Source of the DNA: Octopus sinensis
Lineage: Eukaryota
Direction of reading: 5' to 3'
Assembly (NCBI RefSeq): GCF_006345805.1
Contig: NC_043010.1
Span: forward strand, 44,764,001-44,828,000
DNA: 64,000 nucleotides
In this document: positions 1 through 13,029 of the stretch, piece by piece
Layout of the letters: every line of letters begins with the position of its first letter
Position numbering within the stretch: position 1 is the first letter of the stretch
Translations under genes and position numbers: made by a program
The notes under the pieces: model-generated
What the model was told of the DNA's origin: nothing
Database searches by the model: none
What the model saw: the letters and a program-made list of their open reading frames with translations, nothing else

Positions 1-62
1 CACACACACACACACACACACACAACACACACACACACACACACACACGCACGCGCACACAC
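1..62. repeat. (CA)n microsatellite
   Basis: Direct dinucleotide repeat. Confidence 0.98.
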
Positions 63-161
63 AGTTAATCCAAACATGAACAAAGAGAAAACACAACAAC
101 GCGAGGACGTGGAACAAGTAGAGTGTTATTGGACGCTTAGGAAATGAAAGAAAGAAGGAGG

Positions 162-196
162 ACTTAACGTTTCGAGCGGAGCTCTTCGTCAGAAAT
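162..196 (-). ncRNA. Minimal type I hammerhead ribozyme motif
   Basis: Minus strand: AUUU-CUGACGA-A-GAGC-UCC-GCUC-GAAACGU-U-AAGU. Helix I is 4 bp (one G-U), helix II is 4 bp, and palindromic ACGU replaces helix III. Confidence 0.7.
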
Positions 197-329
197 ATAG
201 AAAAAAAGGAAAAGTCCAATGAAGAGAAGACGGAGAAAGAAAATCGCCAACGATACACACGCGGTCACATTGAAATGACCGGAAGGGAATGGGTGAAGAA
301 AAAGTTCTTTCAAAGACAGGAGAGTGCAA

Positions 330-1485
330 GAGAATGAGGTATGTGTGTGTATGTGGGGGTATGTGCGTGTGCGCAGGTCTGTGTGTGCGTGCGTGTGTAA
401 TGATAGCACGTGTGTGTGTTTGTATGTGGCTGTGGCTGTTTATCTATGTGTATGGTTGGGCTTAGTATCGTTTAAGGTCATAGGAAGAATTTATAGTAAG
501 AATTTTGGTAGGAGTGGATGCCTGTTGTGCGTCTACCTACACATGTGCGTAGGAGAATGGTCAGTAGAAGGTACTGGTAGATTGAAGTATGTGAGTGTGC
601 GTGTATGTATATGTAATGTGTTTTGTTTGCAGTGTGTGTGTGTATGTATGTATGTGTATGTTGGTGTGTGTATGTGTGTGGCGTAACTCTACTTTACTCT
701 GCGTATGTGCTCTGTGTATGTGCTTGTATGTGCATGTGTGTGTACATATATGTATAATTTTGTGCGTGTATGTATGAGTGTGTGCTGTGTGTGTATGGGA
801 GGTATGTGTGGATTCATTTGTGTTGGCGTGTGTATATACACCTGTGTGCTTGTGTTTATACACGTGTGTGTGAGTGTATGTGCGTGTGTATATGCGTGTG
901 TATGTGCGTGTGTATTTTGTGTGTTTGCATGGGCATGTGTGTGTGAACGAGGGGTTGTTTAGGGGGTATAGGTGCGCTTTTTGCGCGTGTATGCATGTGC
1001 GTGTTTGTACCAATGCGTGTGTAATTGTTGGTGTGTCTGTATGTGTATTGTGTGTGTTGGAGGTATATGTGCGAACATGTACTAGTGTGTGTGTGTATGT
1101 ACGTGTGTATATGTGTGTGGACGTGTATGTATGTGCGTGTGTATATGTGCGTGTGTGCATGTGTGTATATGCGTGCGTGTGTATATGTGTGTGAACGTGG
1201 AGATGTGTGTCGGCTATGTGTGCATTTTGTTGCGTGTATGCGCGTGTGCTTGAGTATGTGTGTGTACGTGGTTGTGTGTATGTTTATGTGAGTGTGAGTG
1301 TATAAAGGTATGTGTGACTGTGTGTGCATGGGGTTGTGTGGGGTAGGTATCTGTGAATTCCTGTGAGTGTGTATGTGTGTACGTTTGTGCACGTGTTTGT
1401 GTACGCGCATATGTGTATGTGTGTGTATATGTGCATGTATGTGTGTGCGTTCGTGGATATGTGTGTGTATGTGTGCGTGAATATA
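330..1485. repeat. Degenerate GT-rich low-complexity tract within the PLE 3' region
   Basis: Cryptic (GT/GTAT/GCGT)n; source of the HTHT/VCVC pseudo-ORFs. Confidence 0.9.
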
Positions 1486-2176
1486 TAGAAATAAAAATAA
1501 TAAATTATAAAAACAATAATAATATATAAATTAAGGTTGAAAGGAGATAAGGAAGTTAATGCAATATAAATGGCGCAATTACAAGCAAAAATGAAAAATG
1601 AAATAAGGTTGCTTTGTTGCAGGAGGTGTAGAGGCAGTCAATAGGAGGAGGATGTTGTGTTTAGACCGTAGGGGATAGTTGATCGTAGATTAAAGATATA
1701 CTGCTGTTCCAGGCGGAGTCGTGAGTGTGTGGTTCAGTGGTGAAGAGCGAGGCCAAAGACGGAGATGTTAGAGGGGTAATGGTTGGCCAAGCGGATGTGA
1801 CGGGCAACGGGGGTGTTCAAACGTAGACGAACATCCCGTAGATGTTCGGTGAACATGTAGGCCAGTTGGCAGCCAGTGTGACCTACATATAGCTTACAAC
1901 AGAGGTTGCATCTAATAAGTATATGAGGCTAGAAGAAGTGCAAGAGAAGGAATTTGTTATGCGAAGAGTTTGCTGATTAGAACCAGTGAGAGAAGTAGTG
2001 CTGGTGATGAAGCGACAGGTGTTGCAGCTGGACCTGGAGCACGGGAAGGATTCGGGTGGGGCTCGAGGTCGGAAGAAGAGAAGGTGCTACGGACCAGAAG
2101 ATTGTGTAGGTTCCGGGCGCATTTAATGGAGGACATGGAGAGGCTGGTGGGATCGAGCTGGAGACGACGGAAGGCC

Positions 2177-3214
<1,038 letters not shown>

Positions 3215-3215
3215 A

Positions 3216-5640
3216 CTAGCAGTATAGCCTGGCGTTGTCCGGGATTAAGTTAGGATTATTAAGTGGTCAAATCAAAATAAGTTACACCGATATCTAATTT
3301 GAGCGAAATCCGTTGAAATCGGTATATGCTTGGCTGAAAATGTGTTGCAGGCAATTTGATTGGGAAATCTCATAAGGAATCTGTTTATCGATTATTCACA
3401 CTCATCGATTGTTTATTTTTGAGAACTTAGAGCATTCAAATATCCCATGAGTCCTAAGTAATGCTGGCATCAAGTTTGAGCAAAATATATCAAAATTAGT
3501 AAAAGCTATCGTTGAAAATGGGGTGTAGCCAATTTTAGTGGGAAATCCTATAAGGAATCGGTTTATCAATTTTTTATCCCGATTGAATGGAAAACCCCAA
3601 ATGGATGCCTGCTACCGATAGTGTTTGGCCTTGGGATTTGTTGATGGATATGGCGAAGCATGGTCTCACCGGGAACCGCGATCTGCGGAAGTTAAACAGC
3701 ATGTCAGACCCCGATGGATAAAGCTGCATCCTTGAAATGAAAACATTTTCACCCCTCTCACACCCTGTAATAATGGTGGCCTCAATCAAGTGGGGCGTCA
3801 GGTACTTGATTACTAAGCGGGTCCCGTTGCACTGTTTAGGCGGAATCAAGTTTCTGATTAGCATAATTGGGCATCCAACCATTAGCTTAAGAATGTGAGG
3901 TGGAAGCCCTGCTGGCTCCAATGAGTTGAGAAACTCGATAGGGTAACTGACAATGTCTTGGGGGTCAGAGGTCCGGTCAATCGATTTGTAGATGCGCTCC
4001 TCACCCGGAATTCGGCTTATGAGCTAGTTGTTGATAGCGCTGACAGTTACGTTTTTTGGAGCCAGGATGGTTCTTTCACTGAGCCAACTGATGTCTGCAT
4101 GATTACTTTCCAGATTGGGGAACACTGTTTCCAAAAGATCGGAAGGGTTGTCCACGGTGTTGCACAGTTCAGAGATGGATATGTCACCCTTATCATTCCT
4201 AGGGACCTTGCCTTCTCCAGGGGCTAAAATGTCTTCAGCAAATGCTGCAGACGTGCTATCACCAAGCAAGTGCGCACGCATGTTTGGGCTTAGGCTTAAG
4301 GTCTTAACCTGGAGCCACAACGTGGATGATTTAAGGCATGCGCGCACTTCATCAGCCCGGCTCCCTTAAGTGATGACAGGAAGGGTTTGCCGGAAATCTC
4401 CTGAAAGCAATAGAGTTTCAGCACCCATAGAAGCTGTAGAATCCCTGAAACCTTTCAGTAACCGGTCCAGTGCCTCAAGAGCACCCATATTGGTCATTGT
4501 GCATTCGTCCCATACAGTGAGACGGCACTGTCTAAGAGTTTCAGCTTCCTCTGAATGTTTGCCAATGTTGCAAGTAGGAACCTCGGCCCTCACCAAATGT
4601 AAAGGCAGCTCGAATGCCGAGTGTGCAGTCCTATATCCCGGCAATAATGTAGCAGCGATTCCCGAGGAAGCAACGGCTAGCACAATTTGTTTGTCGCGAC
4701 GAATCTTAGCAAATATTAATTGTGTTACAAAGGATTTGCCGGTACCTCTAGCAGCATCGAGGAAAAAGTGCCGCCCGTCTGATTTTCAACGGCACTGATG
4801 ATAGTTTCGTACATCAGCCTCTGATCAGGGAGCAATTTCGATTCACTTATTCTCAGGTACTCCGCAAGGCCATCAGCGTCATACGACAACTCCAGAAGTA
4901 ACTTTGATGGGAGTGTGTTAACGTCCAGTCGCAATGAGGATGGCAAACCTAATGTGTTCAACGTTGCCCCACCCATTTTGAGCAGGACATCCTCGATTTC
5001 AATCAGCGCATTATTGTAGATCAGGTCATTGTATCCAATGTCAGCATTAGGGCACTGTTGCTTTGCCAGTCATCATTTACCTTGGCCACGGAGAAAGCAA
5101 AATTATGTACAGAGGATTTCATAAACAGAAATGAATGGTAAAAAGGTTTTAGATTAAATTTTTAGATTAACACTTGCACGATTTCATAAAAAAAAATCGG
5201 AGTTTTTTGCGTGGACTCAACTAGCCTGACCTCCTCATATGCTACAAAACCCTTTTTGTGGTTTGAAAAAACGGGGTGTGGTGCGGTGGAAGCCTCAGAA
5301 ATTTCACCCCCATACCCATTGATCTTTTCACCATCTATTTTTCATTGTACGTGGTAAAATACGGAGATTATGAATATGGAAAACAGGTGTGTTTATTCTC
5401 AAACTTACCATGAAATACTCCTGGTAAATCTTTAGATAACACTCGCACGATATTCACTAAGAAAAAAAAATTGGATGTTTTGCGTGGAATAAATTAGCCT
5501 GTCCTCCTAATATGCTACAAACCCCGTTTTGTGGTCCGAGAAGCGGGGTGGGGTGTGGTGGAGCCTCGGAAATAAATGGATTGTTAAATAAATGGATTCT
5601 CAACAAAACACTTTTTTCCTCGTCGTAAAATAAAAACAAA
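3216..5640 (-). mobile_element. Helitron fragment with intact 3' end
   Basis: Minus strand ends CCCGGACAACGCCAGG hairpin..CTAG followed by T (CTAG at 3216-3219). Helicase remnants lie upstream, with a ~150-bp diverged internal direct repeat (~5160-5310 vs ~5430-5575). The 5' limit is uncertain. Confidence 0.85.
3574..5040 (-). pseudogene. Helitron PIF1-family helicase remnant
   Basis: Broken ORFs with AVASSGIAATLLPGYRTAH, WDECTM, LLLSGDFRQTLPVI, PIMLIRNL..CNGTRL and FPVRPCFAISINKSQGQTL; multiple stops and frameshifts. Confidence 0.93.
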
Positions 5641-5979
5641 ACTCTTTCGTGCCAAAAGTAATGTGTGTGCGTGTGAGGGGCGGTGGAGAAAGATGAACGA
5701 TTTAAAATAAATAAATGATTTAAAATAAATAAATTTTAATTGTTGTGTGAGAAAGTATATATAATCTGATTATAAAATATAGTGTCTTTCAAAAACGTCC
5801 TAAATTTGAATACTATATCTCGTGTTTAAGAAAAAAAAATTTACATTTTTATTTTTGGCGAACGCTGTCACTTCCCCTCTCACACACACACATACACCAA
5901 CACACAACTTCTCTCTCCCTCATACACACACACATAGATCAACATAACTTCTCTCTCTCCCCCTCCCCTACACACATTT

Positions 5980-6146
5980 TCACTTCGCTATGGCAAGAAG
6001 GGACTTAACTGATGGTAGCAAACTTCAAACTTGGTAAAAGTTAAGGTTGAAAATCGATTCTTACCGTTACCCGCGAGTGCCTCGGGGAAAATAATTTGAC
6101 GAAAATACAGCCAGGGTCGTGACGAAAGTCCTAAAATTGGAGCGAC
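5980..6146 (+). repeat. Interspersed repeat; inverted homologue at ~36775-36920
   Basis: GTGCCTCGGGGAAAATAATTTGACGAAAATACAGC..GTGACGAAAGTCCTAAAATTGGAGC matches the reverse complement of the 36775-36845 region. Class uncertain. Confidence 0.6.
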
Positions 6147-7505
6147 ATGCGTAGAATGGGCTTACGTATAGTTTTTGATGATAACATGACGAAGGCCAAC
6201 CGTTTAGATATTACGCTTAACTTACACAATAATTCTTACTTCCCATATCATAAACCACTGACCAATCTTAAGTACATTAGCAAATTTAGTAATCATTCTA
6301 GGGCAATTACTAGAAACTTAGTAAGGAATATTTCATTTAGATTATCTAAGTTATCTGCTAATGTTGACATTTTCAATGATAACGCTGAATTTTATAACTG
6401 CCTTACTTAAAACAGGTTATACAGAGAAAATTTTCTGCATTGATTCTATTCAGTCTTATTCTAACTCCAATAATGCAGATATGAAATCTAGCTGTAAAGG
6501 AATTAACGATAACAAATTTAATCTATGCACTGATACAAAACGGAAGAAGGGAGACAACCCTTATTCAATCCCCTATTATCATTCTAAAGGTAAATTTAAG
6601 GCTTTCAAAATTAATTACACTAAAAATAAGATAAATAGTAGTAAAAATGTTTGGCTCATTATTCTATACGGGAGGCAAATTAAATCTAATCTCCCATTGC
6701 AGTTTCGTGAAGCTATTATTAGGAATTTTCCAAAGAATTCTAGGTATTACTCTATTATCAACTCACATACAGTTAGGATTGGTTTTTCCAACACAAAAAA
6801 ACTCTTAAAAATTATCTCTTCACATAATAACAACCTGTTAAATATTAATACATTTACTAATACTAACATTAATTTAGCTAATAAAATCCATCCCTCTAGA
6901 AATATTAATAACAAGGTTATTGCATCTGAAGTCAATTCCAACAGAATTAAGTTTATGTCAAGTAACTCTAAAATTAAAAATTCTATATACCAGTGTAAAA
7001 TCATTGCTCATAATAAAGTACAATTTTACATTGGAAGCACGTTGTCACAGTTATGTAAAAGAATTTCTATCCATTACTCAACATTTAGGGATAGGAATAA
7101 ACGTAACAGTACTGGGCCCAGTAAATTAATTAGGGATCTAAAAGACCACAATGAACAATTTAATTTAGAATGGTTGATTCTCTCAATCTCGATACCTTAT
7201 GACAAAAGCAAGGAATTCTGTCTTCTCTGTAATTCTGAACTATTTTTCATTATCTTTTCTAAAAATCCCCTAGTAAACACAGTTATATAGCGTGCATACC
7301 GATGTAAACATTGGCAAAAACATACCTTTAGTTCATATAAGTAATCTCTATCATTATATATAATTTAACATTAATTTTCTTTTTATATTTAACATTCACT
7401 AAAAAAATATCCCTCCTCTTTCTATAGGCTACTTCTGACGTTATATCACATAACGCTTTTCAAAAACAATATTAATAGCGTTCAGTAAATCACTATACAT
7501 ATCCA

Positions 7506-7831
7506 GTGAGGGCGCGTGGCTTAGTGGTTAGGGCATTCGGCTCATGATCGTAAGGTTGTGAGTTCGATTCCCGGCGACGCGTTGTGTCCTTGAGCAAGAC
7601 ACTTTATTTCACGTTGCTCCAGTCCATTCAGCTGGCAAAAATGAGTTGTACTTGTATTTCAAAGGGTCAGCCTTGTCACTCTCTGTGTCACGCTGATTAT
7701 CCCCGAGAACTACGTTAAGGGTACACGTGTCTGTGGAATGCTCAGCCATTTGCACGTTAATTTCACGAGCAAGCTGTTCCGTTGATCGTATCAGCTGGGA
7801 CCCTCGTCGTCGTAACCGGCGGAGTCTTTTA
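7506..7831 (+). mobile_element. tRNA-derived CORE-type SINE with 11-bp target-site duplication (TSD)
   Basis: A box TGGCTTAGTGG, B box GTTCGATTCC and CORE-like GTGTCCTTGAGCAAGACACTT. TSD ATACATATCCA at 7495-7505 and 7832-7842. Confidence 0.9.
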
Positions 7832-7885
7832 ATACATATCCATCATTTTCTATTGAAATGTCTTATTGATGAATTTCATTTCTTC

Positions 7886-7974
7886 ACTTCCCTGAAGAGA
7901 AGATTATATTGTTTTACACCAATTTATTCCTTTGGAATAATATCAGTGATATCTTCGAAACATGTGTCAGAAGT
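7886..7974 (+). ncRNA. Type I hammerhead ribozyme, near intact
   Basis: ACUUC(C)-CUGAAGA-GAAGAU...AUCUUC-GAAAC-AUGU-GUC^-(A)GAAGU, with an inner hairpin UUAUUCC/GGAAUAA. Predicted cleavage after C7968. Confidence 0.8.
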
Positions 7975-8056
7975 AAAAGTATTTGAATTATACCTGCATT
8001 AAACTCCCATATATATATATATATATATATTAAAGTATACATTTAAATATATGTAA

Positions 8057-8120
<64 letters not shown>

Positions 8121-8142
8121 CATATATAAATACATATGTGCA

Positions 8143-8505
8143 TCCCTCTCTATATAAACGGCAGTTTGTCTGTGCGTGTTTCTGTGTGTCTGTTTGCTTG
8201 CACCCTGACCACGGCTTTCAACCGATTCTGATGAAACTTGACACACACATAGCCCAATGTCACAATTCAAAACTAACGCAGCGAAAATTTTGAAAAGTTC
8301 CCCCAGTTCTGAAAAAAATCGATAAATTCGACATGGGGTCGAGAATCAGAAACACAAACCACAGACTGTCTAGGGGACGCAACTCGACCTTTTTAACTAA
8401 AAAAATTTACCATAAATTTTTTTCCATTTTTTGGCTATAACTCTCTAAAAATGCTTTATAGTTATTTCCCTTACAAACCCGAGCAACGCCGGGTGATACT
8501 GTTAG
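8143..8505 (+). mobile_element. Non-autonomous Helitron-type element
   Basis: 5' TC-rich start; 3' CCCGAGCAACGCCGGG hairpin followed by ..GTTAG|T, the same terminal layout as at 3216. Confidence 0.75.
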
Positions 8506-8616
8506 TATATAAATATATGTGTATATGTGAATATATGTGTACATATAAATATATGTGTATATATAAGTATATATAAATATATATTTATATATATACATAT
8601 ATATAAATATATATAT

Positions 8617-8840
8617 ATATATACTCTTTACTTTTTTACTTGTTTCAGTCAGTTGACTGCGGCCATGCTGGAACACCGCCTTTAGACGAGCAACTCGACC
8701 CCGGGACTTATTCTTCGTAAGCCCAGTACTTATTCTATCGGTCTCTTTTGCCGAACCGCTAAGTGACGGGGACATAAACACACCAGCATCGGTTGTCAAG
8801 CAATGCTAGGGGGACAAACACAGACACACAAACATACACG

Positions 8841-8882
<42 letters not shown>

Positions 8883-9042
8883 TACGACGGGCTTCTTTCA
8901 GTTTCCGTCTACCAAATCCACTCACAAGGCTTCGGTCGGCCCGAGGCTATAGTAGAAGACACTTGCCCAAGGTGCCACGCAGTGGGATTGAACCCGGAAC
9001 CATGTGGTTGGTAAGCAAGCTACTTACCACACAGCCACTCCT

Positions 9043-9047
<5 letters not shown>
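8617..9047 (-). mobile_element. tRNA-derived SINE (head, CORE-like segment, internal (TA)n, LINE-like 3' tail)
   Basis: Minus-strand head GCGCAGGAGTGGCTGTGTGGTAAG..GGTTCAATCCC, then CACCTTGGGCAAGTGTCTT, and tail GGCGGTGTTCCAGCATGGCCGCAGTCAACTGACTGAAACAAG. Many copies in the window. Confidence 0.92.
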
Positions 9048-9079
<32 letters not shown>

Positions 9080-9381
9080 TATATATATATTTTAATATAT
9101 TTTATATATATATATATATTATGTATAGATATATGTATATATATTTATATATTTATTATATATTTGGTATATATATATATTTATATATGTAGTTATATAT
9201 ATATATATGTATATTCATATATTTATACATAATATTTATATATATGATAATATATATACTTATATATATATGTGTATATAAATATATATATATATATGTA
9301 TGTATGTATGTTTATATATCTATATATATTATATACATGTATATTTATATATATGTATTTATATATACGTGTATATGTATA

Positions 9382-9443
<62 letters not shown>

Positions 9444-9460
9444 ATGTTTATATGTTTATA

Positions 9461-10022
9461 CCGTAAATCCTTGAGTATAACCCGCATTTTTTCTCCAAAA
9501 CGTAAAGGTCAAAATCCCTAGTGCGTATTATACACGAGGTTAAAAATGAAAATTATTTTCTAAGCAATGTCCGAGACTCTATTTGCTGTCCGGCAATGTT
9601 TATTCAGACACATTTTTTGATGTCGGGCGCGAAAATACCTTAAGGTAAGCCTGAAAACAATGAAGCCATAAAAGAATCATCCATAACTTGCAATAAGCAA
9701 CATTTATTAAACGTTATAACTGTTTTTACTGTTTTTCTTTATTTTCTGCAAACAAAATGCACAAAAAAGCTAAACGTTTGCATTATGTTATATATACAAT
9801 AATAATACGTTACCGTATAAAGTTTTACAATAATACGTTACCGTATAAAGTTTTACGTTACCGTATAAAGTTTTACAAACCAAGGACGTTATATAGACCT
9901 CCTTGACTCAGGTTAGAGAAAGGGTGCGTATTATACACAAGATTTAGGTTTTTCAGAGGTACAGCCTCCTAAAATCCCCAGCGTATTATACTCAAGGGCG
10001 CACTATACTCGAGGATTTACGG
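9461..10022. mobile_element. Tc1/pogo-type MITE with TA TSD
   Basis: Terminal inverted repeat (TIR) CCGTAAATCCTYGAGTATA at both ends (1 mismatch), flanked by TA; internal ~20-28-bp tandem triplet at ~9800-9876. Confidence 0.88.
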
Positions 10023-10039
10023 TATATACATATGCAGAT

Positions 10040-11715
10040 AAAAATTCAGCTGAATTCTTTGATATTGCAGCTCCGAAAAAGGAGGCGCCAGCCCTCGATT
10101 ACATCAACATTGAGGAAAGAGATGTAACAGCAGACATAGATGAAATGAGATCATGCTCCGCTACTGGTTCGGATGGCTTTGCAGCTATTCTCCTAAAGTC
10201 ATGCAAGAAGGCTTTAGCGAAACCACTTCAGACACTTTTCGAAAGTTTCCTTCCTAAAAAGCTGAAAGAAGGTATTATACGCCCTATCCACAAAGGTGGG
10301 AGCAGAGTAGAGGCAAGAAACTACAGGCCAATATCTCTAACTTCGCTTATCAGGAAAATCATGAAACGAATCATCAGAAAGAAATTGATAATATTCCTTG
10401 AAGGAAATGACCACCTGAACAACACTGAGCATGGCTTCCACCCAGGAAGAAGCTGATTTACACAGCTCCTTCAGCACTATGAGTGGGTTTTGAAATAGCC
10501 GCTTGACCATTCAGATGTCAGTGTGATATACCTTGACTTTGTAAAGGCATTTGATAAGGTAGATCAGGGCATTACAAGTCATAAGCTACGAGACCTTGAC
10601 ATCGCTGTAAACAGAATTCACGTGGTAGCAGCCAATGGCACCCTTCCTGAGGAAACTGAAATCGTAAGTGGTGTCCCCCAGGGAACTGTTCTGGGGCCGC
10701 TACTGTTCATAATAGCCCACTTTAGACATGCCCACAGTCACTCGGACAGCTACTGTCACTAGCTATGCCGATGACACAAAATTATCACAGGCAGTAAAAA
10801 ACCAAGAGGATATTACAAGCTTATAGCAGGACCTGAACTCAGATTCAAGTGGACCGAAATAAACAACATGCAGTTTAATACTGGAAAATTTCAAGCACTG
10901 CATTATAAACTCAGTGCAAATACAGTAAATCTACATTTACAGGACACGAAGCACTACAATCCAAGAGTCACAGGCAGTGAAAGACTTTTGGAGCAGCATT
11001 TGCAGTGACGCATCATTTCATATGCACATAAGCAAGATGGCAGCAAAATGCAGACAACTGGCAGGATGGATGCTAAGATCCTTCAGGACAAGAAACCTGT
11101 GGAGAAGCTTTGTTCTTGGCCGCCTAGACTACTGTTACCTGTTATGGTCACTATACAGTGCCAAACTAACAGCGGAGCTTGAAGCAATCCCATGCCACTA
11201 CACTAAAAAGATTGAAAGAGTGCAGTGGATGAGCTACAGGGATAGACTGAGAAAATTACAGCTTTACTGCTTGGAGTGAAGGCGTGACAGATACGCAATA
11301 ATATACATATGGAAAATCCTAGAAGGACTAGTACCTAACTTTGGCATTGAGTGTTATACAAATGCCAGAACTGGCCGCCATTGCATTCTACCAAAGGTAC
11401 CATCCAGTCCATCTAAATTCAGGACTAGGTATTGCAATACTCTAGGGTTCAAAGGCCCACAACTTTTCAATGCCCTGCCACAAAGATTAAAAAATTTGCA
11501 TAAGGTGGAAGTAGATGTCTTCAAAAAAGAATTAGGCATCCTCCTCTCCACAATGTCGGATGAACAGCCCGACATTAGGTACAGACGAAGGTTGCGGAGT
11601 CAAACTCACTTATACATCAAATGTACCAACAGCTGGGAAAAAGGCACATACATGAGTGGTAATGTGAAACACCCAGACTGAGGAATTCAGAAGTACCATG
11701 GTGGTGCTCCAGGAT
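10040..11715 (+). mobile_element. CR1-type LINE 3' fragment (RT), decayed
   Basis: GSDG, NYRPISLTS, HGFHPGRS, YLDFVKAFDKVD, SGVPQGTVLGPLLF and YADD-like motifs across broken frames. Confidence 0.93.
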
Positions 11716-11756
11716 TTTATATCTATCTATCTGTCTATCTATCTATCTATCTATCA

Positions 11757-11853
<97 letters not shown>

Positions 11854-12130
11854 GGTATATATATACATTTATTCACACAGAAAGGGTGATAATAAAGTAG
11901 TGGTGATCCCAAAACGAAGGTGCGCGTGCGTGTGTATAAGAGTGTATGTATGTGCATGTGGAAGAGGGTTGGTGACCTCGACGTGTGCGTGTGTGTATGT
12001 GTTGGTGTGTGGATGTGGAGCTAGGAAGTGGTCAGTGCTAGTGTATGCGTGTTGGTGTGATGTGATGTTGTATTGTGTGTTATGGTGGTGGTGTACGGTG
12101 TAGTTGTGTGCGGTGTAAATATATCTATAG

Positions 12131-12199
<69 letters not shown>

Positions 12200-12202
<3 letters not shown>

Positions 12203-12850
12203 TCATCATCATCATTATCATCATCATCGTTTAACGTCCACTTTCCATGCTGGCATGGGTTGGACGGTTTGACTGAGGACTAGCGAACCAGATGGCTGCA
12301 CCAGGCTCCAATCTGATCTGGCAGAGTTTCTACAGCTGGATGCCTTTCCTAACGCCAACCACTCCAAGAATGCAGTGTGTGCTTTCTACGTGCCACCGGC
12401 ACGGGAGCCGGTCAGCGGACCTGGCAACGATTACGCTCTTAGCGCTCCACTAGCACGGATGTCAGTCATGCGGTGCTGTCATCGAATTTGATTTCGATTT
12501 CACTTGACTGAACGGGTCTTCACAAGCAAAGTTTAGTGTCCAATGAAGGAAAGGTACGCATAAGTGGGCTGGTTACACCCCTGGCATAGACCACGGGTAA
12601 TGGTATCACTTGGCTTGCCGGGTCTCCTCAAGCACTGCATATTTCCAAAGGTTTCACTCGTCATTGCCTCGGTGAGGCCTAACGTTCGAAGGTCGTGCTT
12701 CACCACCTCATCCCAGGTTTTCCTGGGTCTACCTCTTCCACAAGTTCCTTCAACCGCTAGGGTGTAACACTTTTTCATACAGCTATCCTCATCCATTCGC
12801 ACTACATGATCATACCAGCGCAGTCGTCTCTCTTGCACACACACACACTC
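12200..12850 (-). mobile_element. RTE-clade LINE 3' end with (GAT)n tail
   Basis: RRLRWYDHVVRMDEDSCMKKC..VEGTCGRGRPRKTWDEVVKHDL; minus strand ends in GAT repeats. Confidence 0.9.
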
Positions 12851-12945
12851 TCAAGGTACATACATTCTGTCGAGTATGCACACTGATATTACACATCCAG
12901 CGGAGCATACTGGCTTCATTCCTTGCAAGCTTACGCACATATATT

Positions 12946-12977
<32 letters not shown>

Positions 12978-13029
12978 TGTATGTATGTATGTATGTATGT
13001 ATGTATATATATATAGTGTACATTTAAAC

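Larger units (their letters stand above)
6147..8028 (+). mobile_element. Penelope-like element 3' fragment (RT thumb, GIY-YIG endonuclease, 3' region with HHR), interrupted by a SINE
   Basis: DITLNLHNNSYFPYHKP..YISKFSNH (6147-6410), then frameshift into IYQCKI..FYIGST..HYSTFR..LEWLIL..PY..FCLLCNSE (to 7290). HHR at 7886-7974. Confidence 0.9.

Noticed and set aside
7435-7475. CTGACG-TTAT/ATAA hairpin as another HHR
   Set aside because: Lacks A9 and GAAA and has no helix I/III.
7506-7580. tRNA-like heads (also 8975-9047, 25366, 27715, 32830, 42095) as tRNA genes
   Set aside because: No complete acceptor stem; they continue into CORE-like and tail segments of multi-copy SINEs.
8228-8240. CTGATGAAAC as an HHR core
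   Set aside because: No helix II between CUGAUGA and GAAA; it is part of the Helitron-type AACCGATTCTGATGAAACTTG motif.
8638-8660. SINE tail CAGTC-AACT-GACTGAAACAAGTA as an HHR 3' half
   Set aside because: No upstream CUGANGA in any copy; better explained as a LINE-recognition stem-loop.
9798-9876. Three near-identical ~20-28-bp repeats as a CRISPR-like array
   Set aside because: No unique spacers; simple slippage duplication inside a MITE in eukaryotic DNA.
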